A stretch of DNA of 64,000 nt from an uncultured Candidatus Saccharibacteria bacterium (lineage in GTDB: Bacteria; Patescibacteriota; Doudnabacteria; UBA920): assembly GCA_964473815.1 (NCBI GenBank), contig CAYYQK010000002.1:105128-169127 (forward strand), read 5' to 3'. A program made the translations under genes and the position numbers. Numbering within the stretch: position 1 is the first letter of the stretch; every line of letters begins with the position of its first letter. Shown piece by piece: positions 1 to 7,857 of the stretch. Under the pieces are notes generated by a model. The model searched no databases, was not told the origin of the DNA, and worked only from the letters and a program-made list of their open reading frames with translations.

Positions 1-52
1 TTTTGAAGTTTGTGCGCAATCGCAGTTCGAATCTTACGAACATGCCAAAGAT

Positions 53-412
53 ATGCAGGATTCTTTGCCGGACATCACAGTTCGCTGGAGGGATTGCCGG
101 CAAATTTACCGAAACATTCAGACTTTGCGCCATTCCGAGACAAGCTTCAAACAGGGCCTCGCTGAGTTGAGGCAATGTTTCGCTGACTCGTCTGCTGACC
201 GGCAGAAATATACGGAAGTCGCCGCCCTGATCAACTTTTTGAACGACAAAGGTCCTGAAGAGTTGCAAATTGAGGGTTGGAGCAAAGACCAAGCCAACGA
301 GGTTCCGCAGTGGTGGAAGAAAGTTTGCAATTTCTACGAGAAGTTAAGGGTTCAGGAAAAGACGGGACCGAATTATAACCAAATTTCTACTTTTCTCGAG
401 AAGTTCGGCTAG
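53..412 (+). CDS. hypothetical protein
   Basis: 119-aa ORF, moderate GC, no recognisable motif. Confidence 0.35.
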   Translation: MQDSLPDITVRWRDCRQIYRNIQTLRHSETSFKQGLAELRQCFADSSADRQKYTEVAALINFLNDKGPEELQIEGWSKDQANEVPQWWKKVCNFYEKLRVQEKTGPNYNQISTFLEKFG

Positions 413-473
413 CCTACTGCTTGTTCATTTATGAGCTGGGGTCGATGTAGCGTTTGCATCGACCCATTTTTTA

Positions 474-1082
474 TTGCATTATTTATTTATGACTAAATTT
501 TTAAAAGATATAACTTTTGATGAAATGTTTCGAATTTGGATCAATAACGAAATTGGTCAGGTCGAAAATCGTGATGTGTTGCCCGTGGCTAAAGCAAAAG
601 GTTTTAGTTCAGTTGCTGAGTGGCGGTTAACAACTGCGCTGCGTTTAGGGTTAGATAAATTAAATTGGCGTTTGGAAGAAATTGAAAATCCAGGAGAAGT
701 ATTGCCAAATGTGATTGTTGGTCCGTACCGCGGATGGTCGTTTCAAAAAGGAACTGAATTTTTTCAAAATGATTTAACTATCTCTTTTGCTCAAGCTTTG
801 GAAATTCCGGAGTTCTTTGAATTTTGTAATCATCATGATCGCGTTGTGCCATTGTCAGAAAATTTTCCATTACCAACTACAATTATTTTGGCACGCAAAC
901 CAGATGGTAAATTAATTCACATAGAAGGTGGTCATCGTATTTGCGCGGTGGCGTATGCTCAGAAAATTGGTAAACCTATTTTGTTCGAAGATCAACCACC
1001 AATAACCGCAGCAATTGCAGATGTAACAGAGGAAGACATTGCGCGCTTTATCGAAAAAGCCAAATCAGGTACGCAGAAATAA
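474..1082 (+). CDS. hypothetical protein, possible ParB/sulfiredoxin-like nuclease fold (motif IEGGHRICAV)
   Basis: 202-aa ORF; DGxHR-like motif resembles ParB N-terminal/Srx domain; followed by a rho-independent terminator. Confidence 0.4.
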   Translation: MHYLFMTKFLKDITFDEMFRIWINNEIGQVENRDVLPVAKAKGFSSVAEWRLTTALRLGLDKLNWRLEEIENPGEVLPNVIVGPYRGWSFQKGTEFFQNDLTISFAQALEIPEFFEFCNHHDRVVPLSENFPLPTTIILARKPDGKLIHIEGGHRICAVAYAQKIGKPILFEDQPPITAAIADVTEEDIARFIEKAKSGTQK

Positions 1083-1092
1083 TTTGCATAAC

Positions 1093-1122
1093 AAAAAACT
1101 CTCCTTTAGGGAGAGTTTTTTG
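1093..1122 (+). terminator. rho-independent terminator (aactctcc-ttta-gggagagtt + T-run)
   Basis: perfect 8-9 bp GC-containing stem followed by TTTTTT directly after stop of 474..1082. Confidence 0.7.
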
Positions 1123-1127
1123 ATGGA

Positions 1128-1152
1128 GCTCCATAGTACAGGACGTTAGAAC
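1128..1152. repeat. 25-bp direct repeat copy 1 (gctccatagtacaggacgttagaac)
   Basis: identical 25-mer recurs at 4611-4635; lies at the GC-content drop into the AT-rich region. Confidence 0.85.
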
Positions 1153-1175
1153 ATCTATTCTAGGAAGCAACTCAA

Positions 1176-1946
1176 TTACTTCCTTACAATTAGCAAAGAG
1201 TTAAAGTATGTTAATTCGTTATTTGTTGAAAATTTTAAAATTTCAGGCTTACATTGTACGTAAGTCTTAAGATCCATTTCAAACCATAACTTTACTGCTT
1301 CGCATAATTCATTGGGAGTATTAGCCCGAACGGTACATTCGATTTCTATTTCCTTAATATTACTATTGGATTTATCTAGAATATTAATCAGTTTGTCGTA
1401 CGAGTACGCGTAGTTTCTTTTAAAGGCCAAATCTTTAATACGTTTGTAGTCACCTTTGGGTTTATGAGTAACGAATAAAATCACTCCATCCTTATTAAGT
1501 AAAGAAAGCATCTTATCTATTGCATCGGTTTTATTCTGAAAATAGTAAAGTACATGACAAGCTAGGATCACATCATACTTTTGACTAGAGTTCCATTTCT
1601 CAAAGTCTTCGTTTACTATAGCCACATTCTTTTTATTGTAGGTATGTGCGTAATTAGAACTTTTTTCCAAGAGAGTTATATTTTTAACACTTGTTGGAAA
1701 TAGATGTGAACTAGTTAATGTATCTAACCCAGCCCCTATATTAAGAATTGATTTTGGTTGTATCTTATTAAGCAAGTTTAATATTTCACTCTCAACCTTT
1801 ACCTTTTCATTAGAGTGCTTAACAAATTGCTCAAATAATTTTTCAGGGAACTCAAATAGTATATTCATCTTATTTTGTAATAGAGAACTAAAGATAGTGA
1901 TTAAATCTGTCCTTTTTAGTTCTGATATAGTTGTGGTTATATTCAT
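1176..1946 (-). CDS. class I SAM-dependent methyltransferase (start may be internal Met at 1868, avoiding overlap with upstream gene)
   Basis: motif LNIGAGLDTL (SAM-binding motif I-like) and downstream acidic/hydrophobic motif II (YDVILACHVLYY). Confidence 0.55.
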   Translation of the reverse strand: MNITTTISELKRTDLITIFSSLLQNKMNILFEFPEKLFEQFVKHSNEKVKVESEILNLLNKIQPKSILNIGAGLDTLTSSHLFPTSVKNITLLEKSSNYAHTYNKKNVAIVNEDFEKWNSSQKYDVILACHVLYYFQNKTDAIDKMLSLLNKDGVILFVTHKPKGDYKRIKDLAFKRNYAYSYDKLINILDKSNSNIKEIEIECTVRANTPNELCEAVKLWFEMDLKTYVQCKPEILKFSTNNELTYFNSLLIVRK

Positions 1947-2460
1947 TGCTTTCGGTGATTAAATTAATTCTCTCAGTTACATTAATATCTAGGTTTTTTA
2001 TTGCAGTTACTTTGTCTGGATTATTTGTAAGTAGCTTAATGTTACATATTCCTAAGCTATTCAATATTGTCTTTACCTGTGAATACTCTCGAGCGTCTGG
2101 TAAATGCCCTAACATAACATTCGCATCATATGTGTCATACCCATTATCTTGTAATTGATAAGCTTTAACTTTTTCGTACAGGCCAATCCCTCTTCCCTCT
2201 TGTCTTAGATAAATGAATATTCCGTTTTGGGAGTTATTGATTAGTTTAAGAGCGAGTTCTTTTTGAGGACCGCAATCACATCGCAAACTCTTGAAGTTGT
2301 CGCCCGTAATACATTCACTATGAATTCTTACGATTACGGATTGTGTCTTATCTAGATTGGGGGTTTGAAGTACCAATGGTTCTTTACCATCTTTATCTTT
2401 CCAAACACTCATTACGAAATGACCGTATTTGGTCGGCAATATTGTAGATACAGATTCCAT
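1888..2460 (-). CDS. GTP cyclohydrolase II (RibA-like) stand-alone
   Basis: RIHSECITGDNFKSLRCDCGPQ zinc-binding Cys motif and RQEGRGIGL...KVKAYQLQDNGYDTYDAN signature typical of GCH II. Confidence 0.8.
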   Translation of the reverse strand: MESVSTILPTKYGHFVMSVWKDKDGKEPLVLQTPNLDKTQSVIVRIHSECITGDNFKSLRCDCGPQKELALKLINNSQNGIFIYLRQEGRGIGLYEKVKAYQLQDNGYDTYDANVMLGHLPDAREYSQVKTILNSLGICNIKLLTNNPDKVTAIKNLDINVTERINLITESNEYNHNYIRTKKDRFNHYL

Positions 2461-2461
2461 A

Positions 2462-3133
2462 TTATTTTTTCTTCCATTGCAGAATCATGTAGCCAGGATA
2501 GGTGTCTACGATTTTTTCTGCGGCTGGATCAAACTGCTCCTCAAATAACTCAAGGGTGAAGTGAGTCATCATAAAGGTCGAAAAGTATTCTTTAAGAGTA
2601 TGAGTCGGCTCTTTGAATGTAAGTAACCCATCAAAGCATACTGAATCTACTACTTCCTTTTTGAAGTAGTCTTTCCCTATTTTCTTCTTTTCGTACAGTT
2701 GTCTGATTGGATGCGCTACTAGAAAAGTAAAAGTCCCACCAGGTTTAAGTATCCGATAAACTTCCTTAAAAATTGGTTCTAATTCTTCGGCAGTCTGAAG
2801 CGCATATTTAGAGAATACGAAGTCGAAAGTACTGTCTTGATGAGGCAAAGAATCAAACACTCCGTATTTAAATTTAATACCCGAATATTTTTTTGATGCT
2901 ATATCAAGGAGTTCTTTTGAAGCATCTATACCATAAACAAGATCCGCACCTTGATCTTTGAAGAACTTACAGTCACTACCGTCACCACAACCAATATCTA
3001 ATACAACTCCTCCCTTAATAGTAGGAACTAGATTGCGATAAACTCTACGATTGTACTGCGCACCTTTTTCATAAACAGACTCAAAAGTGTCTGCGATCGA
3101 ATCGTATTGATGACTTAATTGATTTGAATTCAT
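2462..3133 (-). CDS. class I SAM-dependent methyltransferase (UbiE/COQ5-like fold)
   Basis: VLDIGCGDG motif I, acidic residue after beta2 (DAS), RILKPGG motif. Confidence 0.75.
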   Translation of the reverse strand: MNSNQLSHQYDSIADTFESVYEKGAQYNRRVYRNLVPTIKGGVVLDIGCGDGSDCKFFKDQGADLVYGIDASKELLDIASKKYSGIKFKYGVFDSLPHQDSTFDFVFSKYALQTAEELEPIFKEVYRILKPGGTFTFLVAHPIRQLYEKKKIGKDYFKKEVVDSVCFDGLLTFKEPTHTLKEYFSTFMMTHFTLELFEEQFDPAAEKIVDTYPGYMILQWKKK

Positions 3134-3144
3134 ATTGTAGCGAG

Positions 3145-3546
3145 TTAAAAATGTTTCTTAAAATCCAAAGAGGTATTCGCAATTTCATATGCCATATAAT
3201 CCATCTCTTTCCCTTCGTCGCAGATGAATTCATGTTTAACACCCTTTGGCACTATAACTACATCCCCTTGTTCTACGGGAATGTTGCCTTCTTCTGTTTG
3301 AAGAAAAGCCTTTCCTTTAATGATTACGCCGACAACGTGGGATATGTGGTGGTGCATTGGTTCGTTGTCATAACCATTAATGTGTACATAGTTAGCTGAT
3401 ACCTCGGTATTATGAGTGGAATCGAATAGGTCATTGATTCGTACAGGTGGAAGGGAAATAAATGCTGAGTTTCCATCTTTTATAAGTGATGATGAACTAG
3501 GTAAAACAGTACATTTATTTAGTTGTAGTAAATTAGCAATATTCAT
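3145..3546 (-). CDS. cupin-domain protein
   Basis: two-His/Glu cupin motifs HHHISHVVGVI...G...E...PKGVKHEF. Confidence 0.55.
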   Translation of the reverse strand: MNIANLLQLNKCTVLPSSSSLIKDGNSAFISLPPVRINDLFDSTHNTEVSANYVHINGYDNEPMHHHISHVVGVIIKGKAFLQTEEGNIPVEQGDVVIVPKGVKHEFICDEGKEMDYMAYEIANTSLDFKKHF

Positions 3547-3652
3547 AAGTTATAGAATTAATATTCTACGGACGCATCATACTATAAATTCTTGACTTAA
3601 TCATATTTTTGTGGTATTATTACAATATAGTGAACTTAAAGTGCAATAATAT

Positions 3653-4480
3653 ATGTTATTTTCTCCCAACGAATCAATAGAAGATGCCACAATTCGCCTT
3701 GTTTCTATGGGAAAAACGTCCCCTACTGATATCTTCGAAAGTCTTCAAAAAGAAGGCAATTCTATATCAAAAAGAGGGGTGTATAAAGCTATTCATTATT
3801 TGTTAGAGCACACAATTCTTGTAAAGAGTGGTAAAAAACTCTCGATCAGCCAAGAATGGGTAGATTCTGTAACTAGGGCATTAAAGAATAACTTTACTAT
3901 GCCTGTTCTAGCCGACGGAGAATCTGCTACATATAAGTACAAATCCTTAGTAAACCTTGATGCGTATTGGAAGCATCTAACTAAATCTCTCAAAGACCAG
4001 TACAGTACCTACCCTGTATTTTTGTACAGTCCTTATAATATTTGGCTACATTTAGCAGATAGAACTGAAAGTCAATTGGAGTATTATAGATCGTTTGAAA
4101 AGGAGCGAAGATATGGGTACCTCGTACTAGGCAATAGATCAGAATTAGATATGGAGTTTAAAAAAACACTGCAAAGTGAATTTTTGCAGATAGATACGTG
4201 GGACAAGCCTCCTTTCAAGGAAACAGAATACTACACTATAATTGATGACATTATCGTAACTACTAAGGTAGGACCGAAATTAACAAAGATTATAGCTAGT
4301 TTTTATAAAACCACTCCTACAATAGAAAGTAAGTCTAAGTTAAATCGTATTCTAGATATTACAGACATATCTAAGATTAAAATTGAAAGAAATAAAAAGA
4401 AAGCGAAATATCTTCGAAAAAGACTCTCTAAGAATTTCTACATACCAAAAGAGATTAAAGAACAGTTTGGTTTGTTCTAA
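3653..4480 (+). CDS. hypothetical protein
   Basis: 275-aa ORF inside AT-rich island, no recognisable motif. Confidence 0.4.
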   Translation: MLFSPNESIEDATIRLVSMGKTSPTDIFESLQKEGNSISKRGVYKAIHYLLEHTILVKSGKKLSISQEWVDSVTRALKNNFTMPVLADGESATYKYKSLVNLDAYWKHLTKSLKDQYSTYPVFLYSPYNIWLHLADRTESQLEYYRSFEKERRYGYLVLGNRSELDMEFKKTLQSEFLQIDTWDKPPFKETEYYTIIDDIIVTTKVGPKLTKIIASFYKTTPTIESKSKLNRILDITDISKIKIERNKKKAKYLRKRLSKNFYIPKEIKEQFGLF

Positions 4481-4610
4481 AATAAATAAAGCACCTGTAT
4501 AAGGTGTTTTATTATTGTTACCCCCTAATGAAATTCAATCGAATCAATTTGGAGTAGATTTTACAGCATCTTTGTGATTTTCCTAAGAAATTTGAAGGGT
4601 TCAAAATAGT

Positions 4611-4635
4611 GCTCCATAGTACAGGACGTTAGAAC
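4611..4635. repeat. 25-bp direct repeat copy 2 (gctccatagtacaggacgttagaac)
   Basis: identical to 1128-1152. Confidence 0.85.
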
Positions 4636-4658
4636 TAGTCTAGTAACTGTTTTATGAG

Positions 4659-5369
4659 TTACGGATTAGTGTCAGATTGAGCTACAAAATGTGGATTTTG
4701 AAACCTAATACTACACTCTGGGCAAATATAAGAAGTAACTGTTGTACTTATGTTTCTCGGGTATTTACAGGAAGGGCAAGGTAAATACTCATTAGAATGA
4801 GGTGTTTGTTTTATATGTTCTTCCCAAGGAAGTATAAAATCTTTTACATAATCTATATCACCTCTTTTGTATCTATGAAACATCGTCTTAAGTACGGCCT
4901 CGCATGCCATCTCTGTAATTCTCTTTTCGTCTTCTGTAAATGCTTCGTATTCGTCTAATGGTTCATATTGCTTAGTATTCTGTATATGTATACGATCTCG
5001 TAACTTTTTAACTCTTTCTAATAAGTCATAAAATCTTTCATCTGGAGCTGAGAAAATATTGTGTTTGCGAGAGTTATCTAAATACTTCTGAAACGCATTT
5101 ATTTCTTTCCCTCTAATCTCGTTAATAATATCTGTGGCTATATTTCTTACTCCTTCAATTGTGAATTTATTTACTCGGTAGTAAAAATCATGAAGCACTG
5201 CTTCAATAATTGAGCTTATAAATATAATTATAGGTTTACATAAATAACGTTTTTCGTTTGTTGAGGCTCTATCGTATTGACGGTAAAGATAGATAAGTAT
5301 TTTAGTATTGTGGTTAATGTTATCACCGACTTTGTATGAACCGATGAAATTAGATTTTACTGTAAACAT
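4659..5369 (-). CDS. hypothetical protein with C-terminal zinc-ribbon (CPSCKY...CPEC)
   Basis: 236-aa ORF; CxxC...CxxC at C-terminus; start abuts stop of upstream SRAP gene (operon). Confidence 0.45.
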   Translation of the reverse strand: MFTVKSNFIGSYKVGDNINHNTKILIYLYRQYDRASTNEKRYLCKPIIIFISSIIEAVLHDFYYRVNKFTIEGVRNIATDIINEIRGKEINAFQKYLDNSRKHNIFSAPDERFYDLLERVKKLRDRIHIQNTKQYEPLDEYEAFTEDEKRITEMACEAVLKTMFHRYKRGDIDYVKDFILPWEEHIKQTPHSNEYLPCPSCKYPRNISTTVTSYICPECSIRFQNPHFVAQSDTNP

Positions 5370-6038
5370 TTATTTGCTATTCTGGGCTGGTAACAATATG
5401 TCAGGGTGATCGTTACTAGGTTTATTTACTAAAGTAGAAATAGGGTAAGAAACCATCTCAGTTGCAGGATAAGGCTGTAATAAATTAATTGCTTCCTCTG
5501 CTTCTATGTCAGGATTCATCCAATCTTTCTCACTAGTAGGTGTTAATATCACGGGCATTCTGTTGTGAACATTCTCAACTACCTCGTTAGGTGTAGTAGT
5601 AATGATAACACTGTGGGGTACTTTGTTTCCTTGAGCGTCTGTTTCGTATTGCCATAAACCTGCAAAGGCAAAAGGTTCCCTATCCTTAAGTTCAAATCTG
5701 TAAGGAACCTTGAGTTTCGAATCTGGTTGTTTTTGCCATTCATAGAATCCATCAGCAAGAATTAGACAACGTTGTTCAGCAATCATCTTTTTCCAAGTTG
5801 GTTTTACCATGCTGTCATTACGGGCATTTATAAAGAACATCTTACCAGTCTTGTCGTAAAATGGATGAATCCCCCATTGCGTATAAACTATCTCGTTCGG
5901 ATCTGTATTCAAGATGGTAGGTATAGGCTGGGAAGGTCGGACATTATATCTGGGATCAACTGGGCTTTCGTTATAGCCTGCGTTGAATCTTTGAGATAAG
6001 TCTCTAAATGGATGAATTACTGAAAATGCTCCGCACAT
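5370..6038 (-). CDS. SOS-response associated peptidase (SRAP/YedK/HMCES family)
   Basis: N-terminal MCGAF (catalytic Cys2), length and conserved W/H pattern typical of SRAP. Confidence 0.7.
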   Translation of the reverse strand: MCGAFSVIHPFRDLSQRFNAGYNESPVDPRYNVRPSQPIPTILNTDPNEIVYTQWGIHPFYDKTGKMFFINARNDSMVKPTWKKMIAEQRCLILADGFYEWQKQPDSKLKVPYRFELKDREPFAFAGLWQYETDAQGNKVPHSVIITTTPNEVVENVHNRMPVILTPTSEKDWMNPDIEAEEAINLLQPYPATEMVSYPISTLVNKPSNDHPDILLPAQNSK

Positions 6039-6402
6039 GATGAATTTGTTAAGTTATGTAAAGTTTTGTGTGGATAACTGATTGATAAAATATAAAATAT
6101 GGCTTATTTGTGAGGAGAGACCATCTTTTATACCTGCCAAATCACTCTGATATACTGAAGTTAGTAGAACTTTACAACCTGTATTCCACTTTTTGACCAT
6201 CTTTTGGAGTACCGGGCTAAGGGCATCCCTTTTAGGGACTTGTTCTACGCCCGACTATCAATTATTTCTGAGTGGAATCGGAAATGGTTGATTGGCCCGG
6301 AACTCTAGCAGGTGGTTTTATTTTACCACTTGTTGGGAAAAACCAATGGGGCGCCCCTGTAGCAGTCGACTGATTGGATTATTAATCCGAAAGGAAGCAA
6401 TA

Positions 6403-6558
6403 ATGCCTATCCCCGTTGGAATGATCTGTCGCCCGTACATTACGGTAGACGGTCAGAAGATTTGGGCTAAGGATTACGGTAAAAAAGCCTTTTGTTTCTT
6501 CCCTTCTCTTAAGAAGGGGAAAAAGAAAAAGCCTGAAGCCGTAAAACTTCAAGCCTAA
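6403..6558 (+). CDS. small basic ORF (51 aa, Lys-rich C-terminus) with SD and downstream terminator
   Basis: AGGAAG 6 nt upstream of ATG at 6403; followed by hairpin+T-run at ~6575-6615; no homology recognised. Confidence 0.2.
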   Translation: MPIPVGMICRPYITVDGQKIWAKDYGKKAFCFFPSLKKGKKKKPEAVKLQA

Positions 6559-6574
6559 CTTCACCTTATAAAAC

Positions 6575-6615
6575 ACTCGTTTGGGTACCCATTCGGGTGT
6601 TTTATGTTTTAGGAG
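6575..6615 (+). terminator. rho-independent terminator (aaacactcg...cgggtgttt + T-run)
   Basis: 9-bp stem with G-U, loop containing gggtaccc palindrome, followed by TTTTATGTTTT. Confidence 0.5.
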
Positions 6616-6765
6616 TATAACCCCCAAATCACAGTCTCTAGATTCTGGGTTTAGGGATTATTGAACAATACTATCTTATATAAGAAATATAGTCAATTCA
6701 TATCATTTGTACATGAAATGTATATCTATTATACCATATTCTTATCCACAACCTTTAACACCCTT

Positions 6766-7857
6766 TTAGGTACCTGATTTAAGACGATTGTCTTCTTTGC
6801 ATAACATTTGGCAATTTTCTGATGTAGTTTTACCACCCTCATGCCATGGTTTGATATGATCTGCTTCCATCTCTTCTATCTCAAAATGTTTCTTGCATTT
6901 TGGACAAACTCCTTTTTGCCTTTCGTATGCTTCACGTTTCATCTTATCGTTGAAAGCTCTAATAGAAAGAAGTCTTTCTTTTCTGGTTAACACATAAGGA
7001 TATATACCAGACTTCTTTGTTACATCTTCATCCTGCATAAGTTTAGATACTTCTTCTTCTAATTCTTTAGGATTCAATGTTGTCTCTTTAAATTCATTGT
7101 ACAATTCACCCCAGTTCACTCCAGCCATTTCTTTACGGTAGTTGGTGAAAGTGCTTCTAGACCAAGATATAACTTTCTGGAAATATTCCCAAAGTTCTTT
7201 AGCATCTTTGTCATGTTGATGGGATGCCATGTATCCAGCTATGTCGCCATTATTAATCCAACTCAATGCTGTTTCTAAATAGTCTTGTCTTATAGGAGAT
7301 CCATGTAACAAAGAACCGCCATCATTAGCTAACAGATATGCTGCACAATTTGATTTACTAAACTTTAATTTTGCATCTGATAACCAAGGTCCTGTATAGA
7401 CAGCATTACGTAATTCTTGTTCAGTTAATCGTTCTCCTGCAATATTGATAGTTCTGAACCAGTTCAATCTTTCTATGTCTGTTCCTTCGCAAAAGTAAAC
7501 CATTAATTCATAGTTCAGAATTTGCTCTTGCTCCTCCTTGGTAAGATTATGGAAATATCGATCATTTAAAGAAAAGTCTCCTGTCACATACTGACCAATA
7601 CTTATAGTTCGCTGTTGTCCGTCCAATACTTCGAAGTTTCCATCTTCTCGAACCATCCAATACATAACATTCAATGGAAAGTCGTGAGTTATAGTGTTGA
7701 TTACTGCATCTCGTTGCTGGTCTTTATACACAAACTCTCTTTGATATTTTGGACGAACATCTAGTTTACCAGCATATGCAACTACACCTTCTTCTGCACT
7801 ATCTTTGTAACCTTCAGTAATTTCTCGTATAGAAATTTTATTTAGTTCAATTTTCAT
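6766..7857 (-). CDS. DUF262 (ParB-like nuclease, DGQQR motif) fused to C-terminal HNH endonuclease; GmrSD-related putative restriction endonuclease
   Basis: VLDGQQRTISI motif of DUF262; C-terminal CPKC...ADHIKPWHEGG...N...LC HNH motif; start overlaps stop of upstream MTase (ATGA). Confidence 0.7.
   Translation of the reverse strand: MKIELNKISIREITEGYKDSAEEGVVAYAGKLDVRPKYQREFVYKDQQRDAVINTITHDFPLNVMYWMVREDGNFEVLDGQQRTISIGQYVTGDFSLNDRYFHNLTKEEQEQILNYELMVYFCEGTDIERLNWFRTINIAGERLTEQELRNAVYTGPWLSDAKLKFSKSNCAAYLLANDGGSLLHGSPIRQDYLETALSWINNGDIAGYMASHQHDKDAKELWEYFQKVISWSRSTFTNYRKEMAGVNWGELYNEFKETTLNPKELEEEVSKLMQDEDVTKKSGIYPYVLTRKERLLSIRAFNDKMKREAYERQKGVCPKCKKHFEIEEMEADHIKPWHEGGKTTSENCQMLCKEDNRLKSGT

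Noticed and set aside
1888-1946. 59-bp overlap between GTP cyclohydrolase II and the downstream methyltransferase
   Set aside because: The overlap is probably an artefact of longest-ORF calling. An internal Met (MNILFEF..., start ~1868) removes it. The genes are kept as an operon.
6040-6765. RNase P or tmRNA assignment for the island non-coding gap
   Set aside because: Only one short RNase P-like segment is present (ggagtaccgggctaagggca), with no complementary P4 3' strand. No tRNA-like elements were found.
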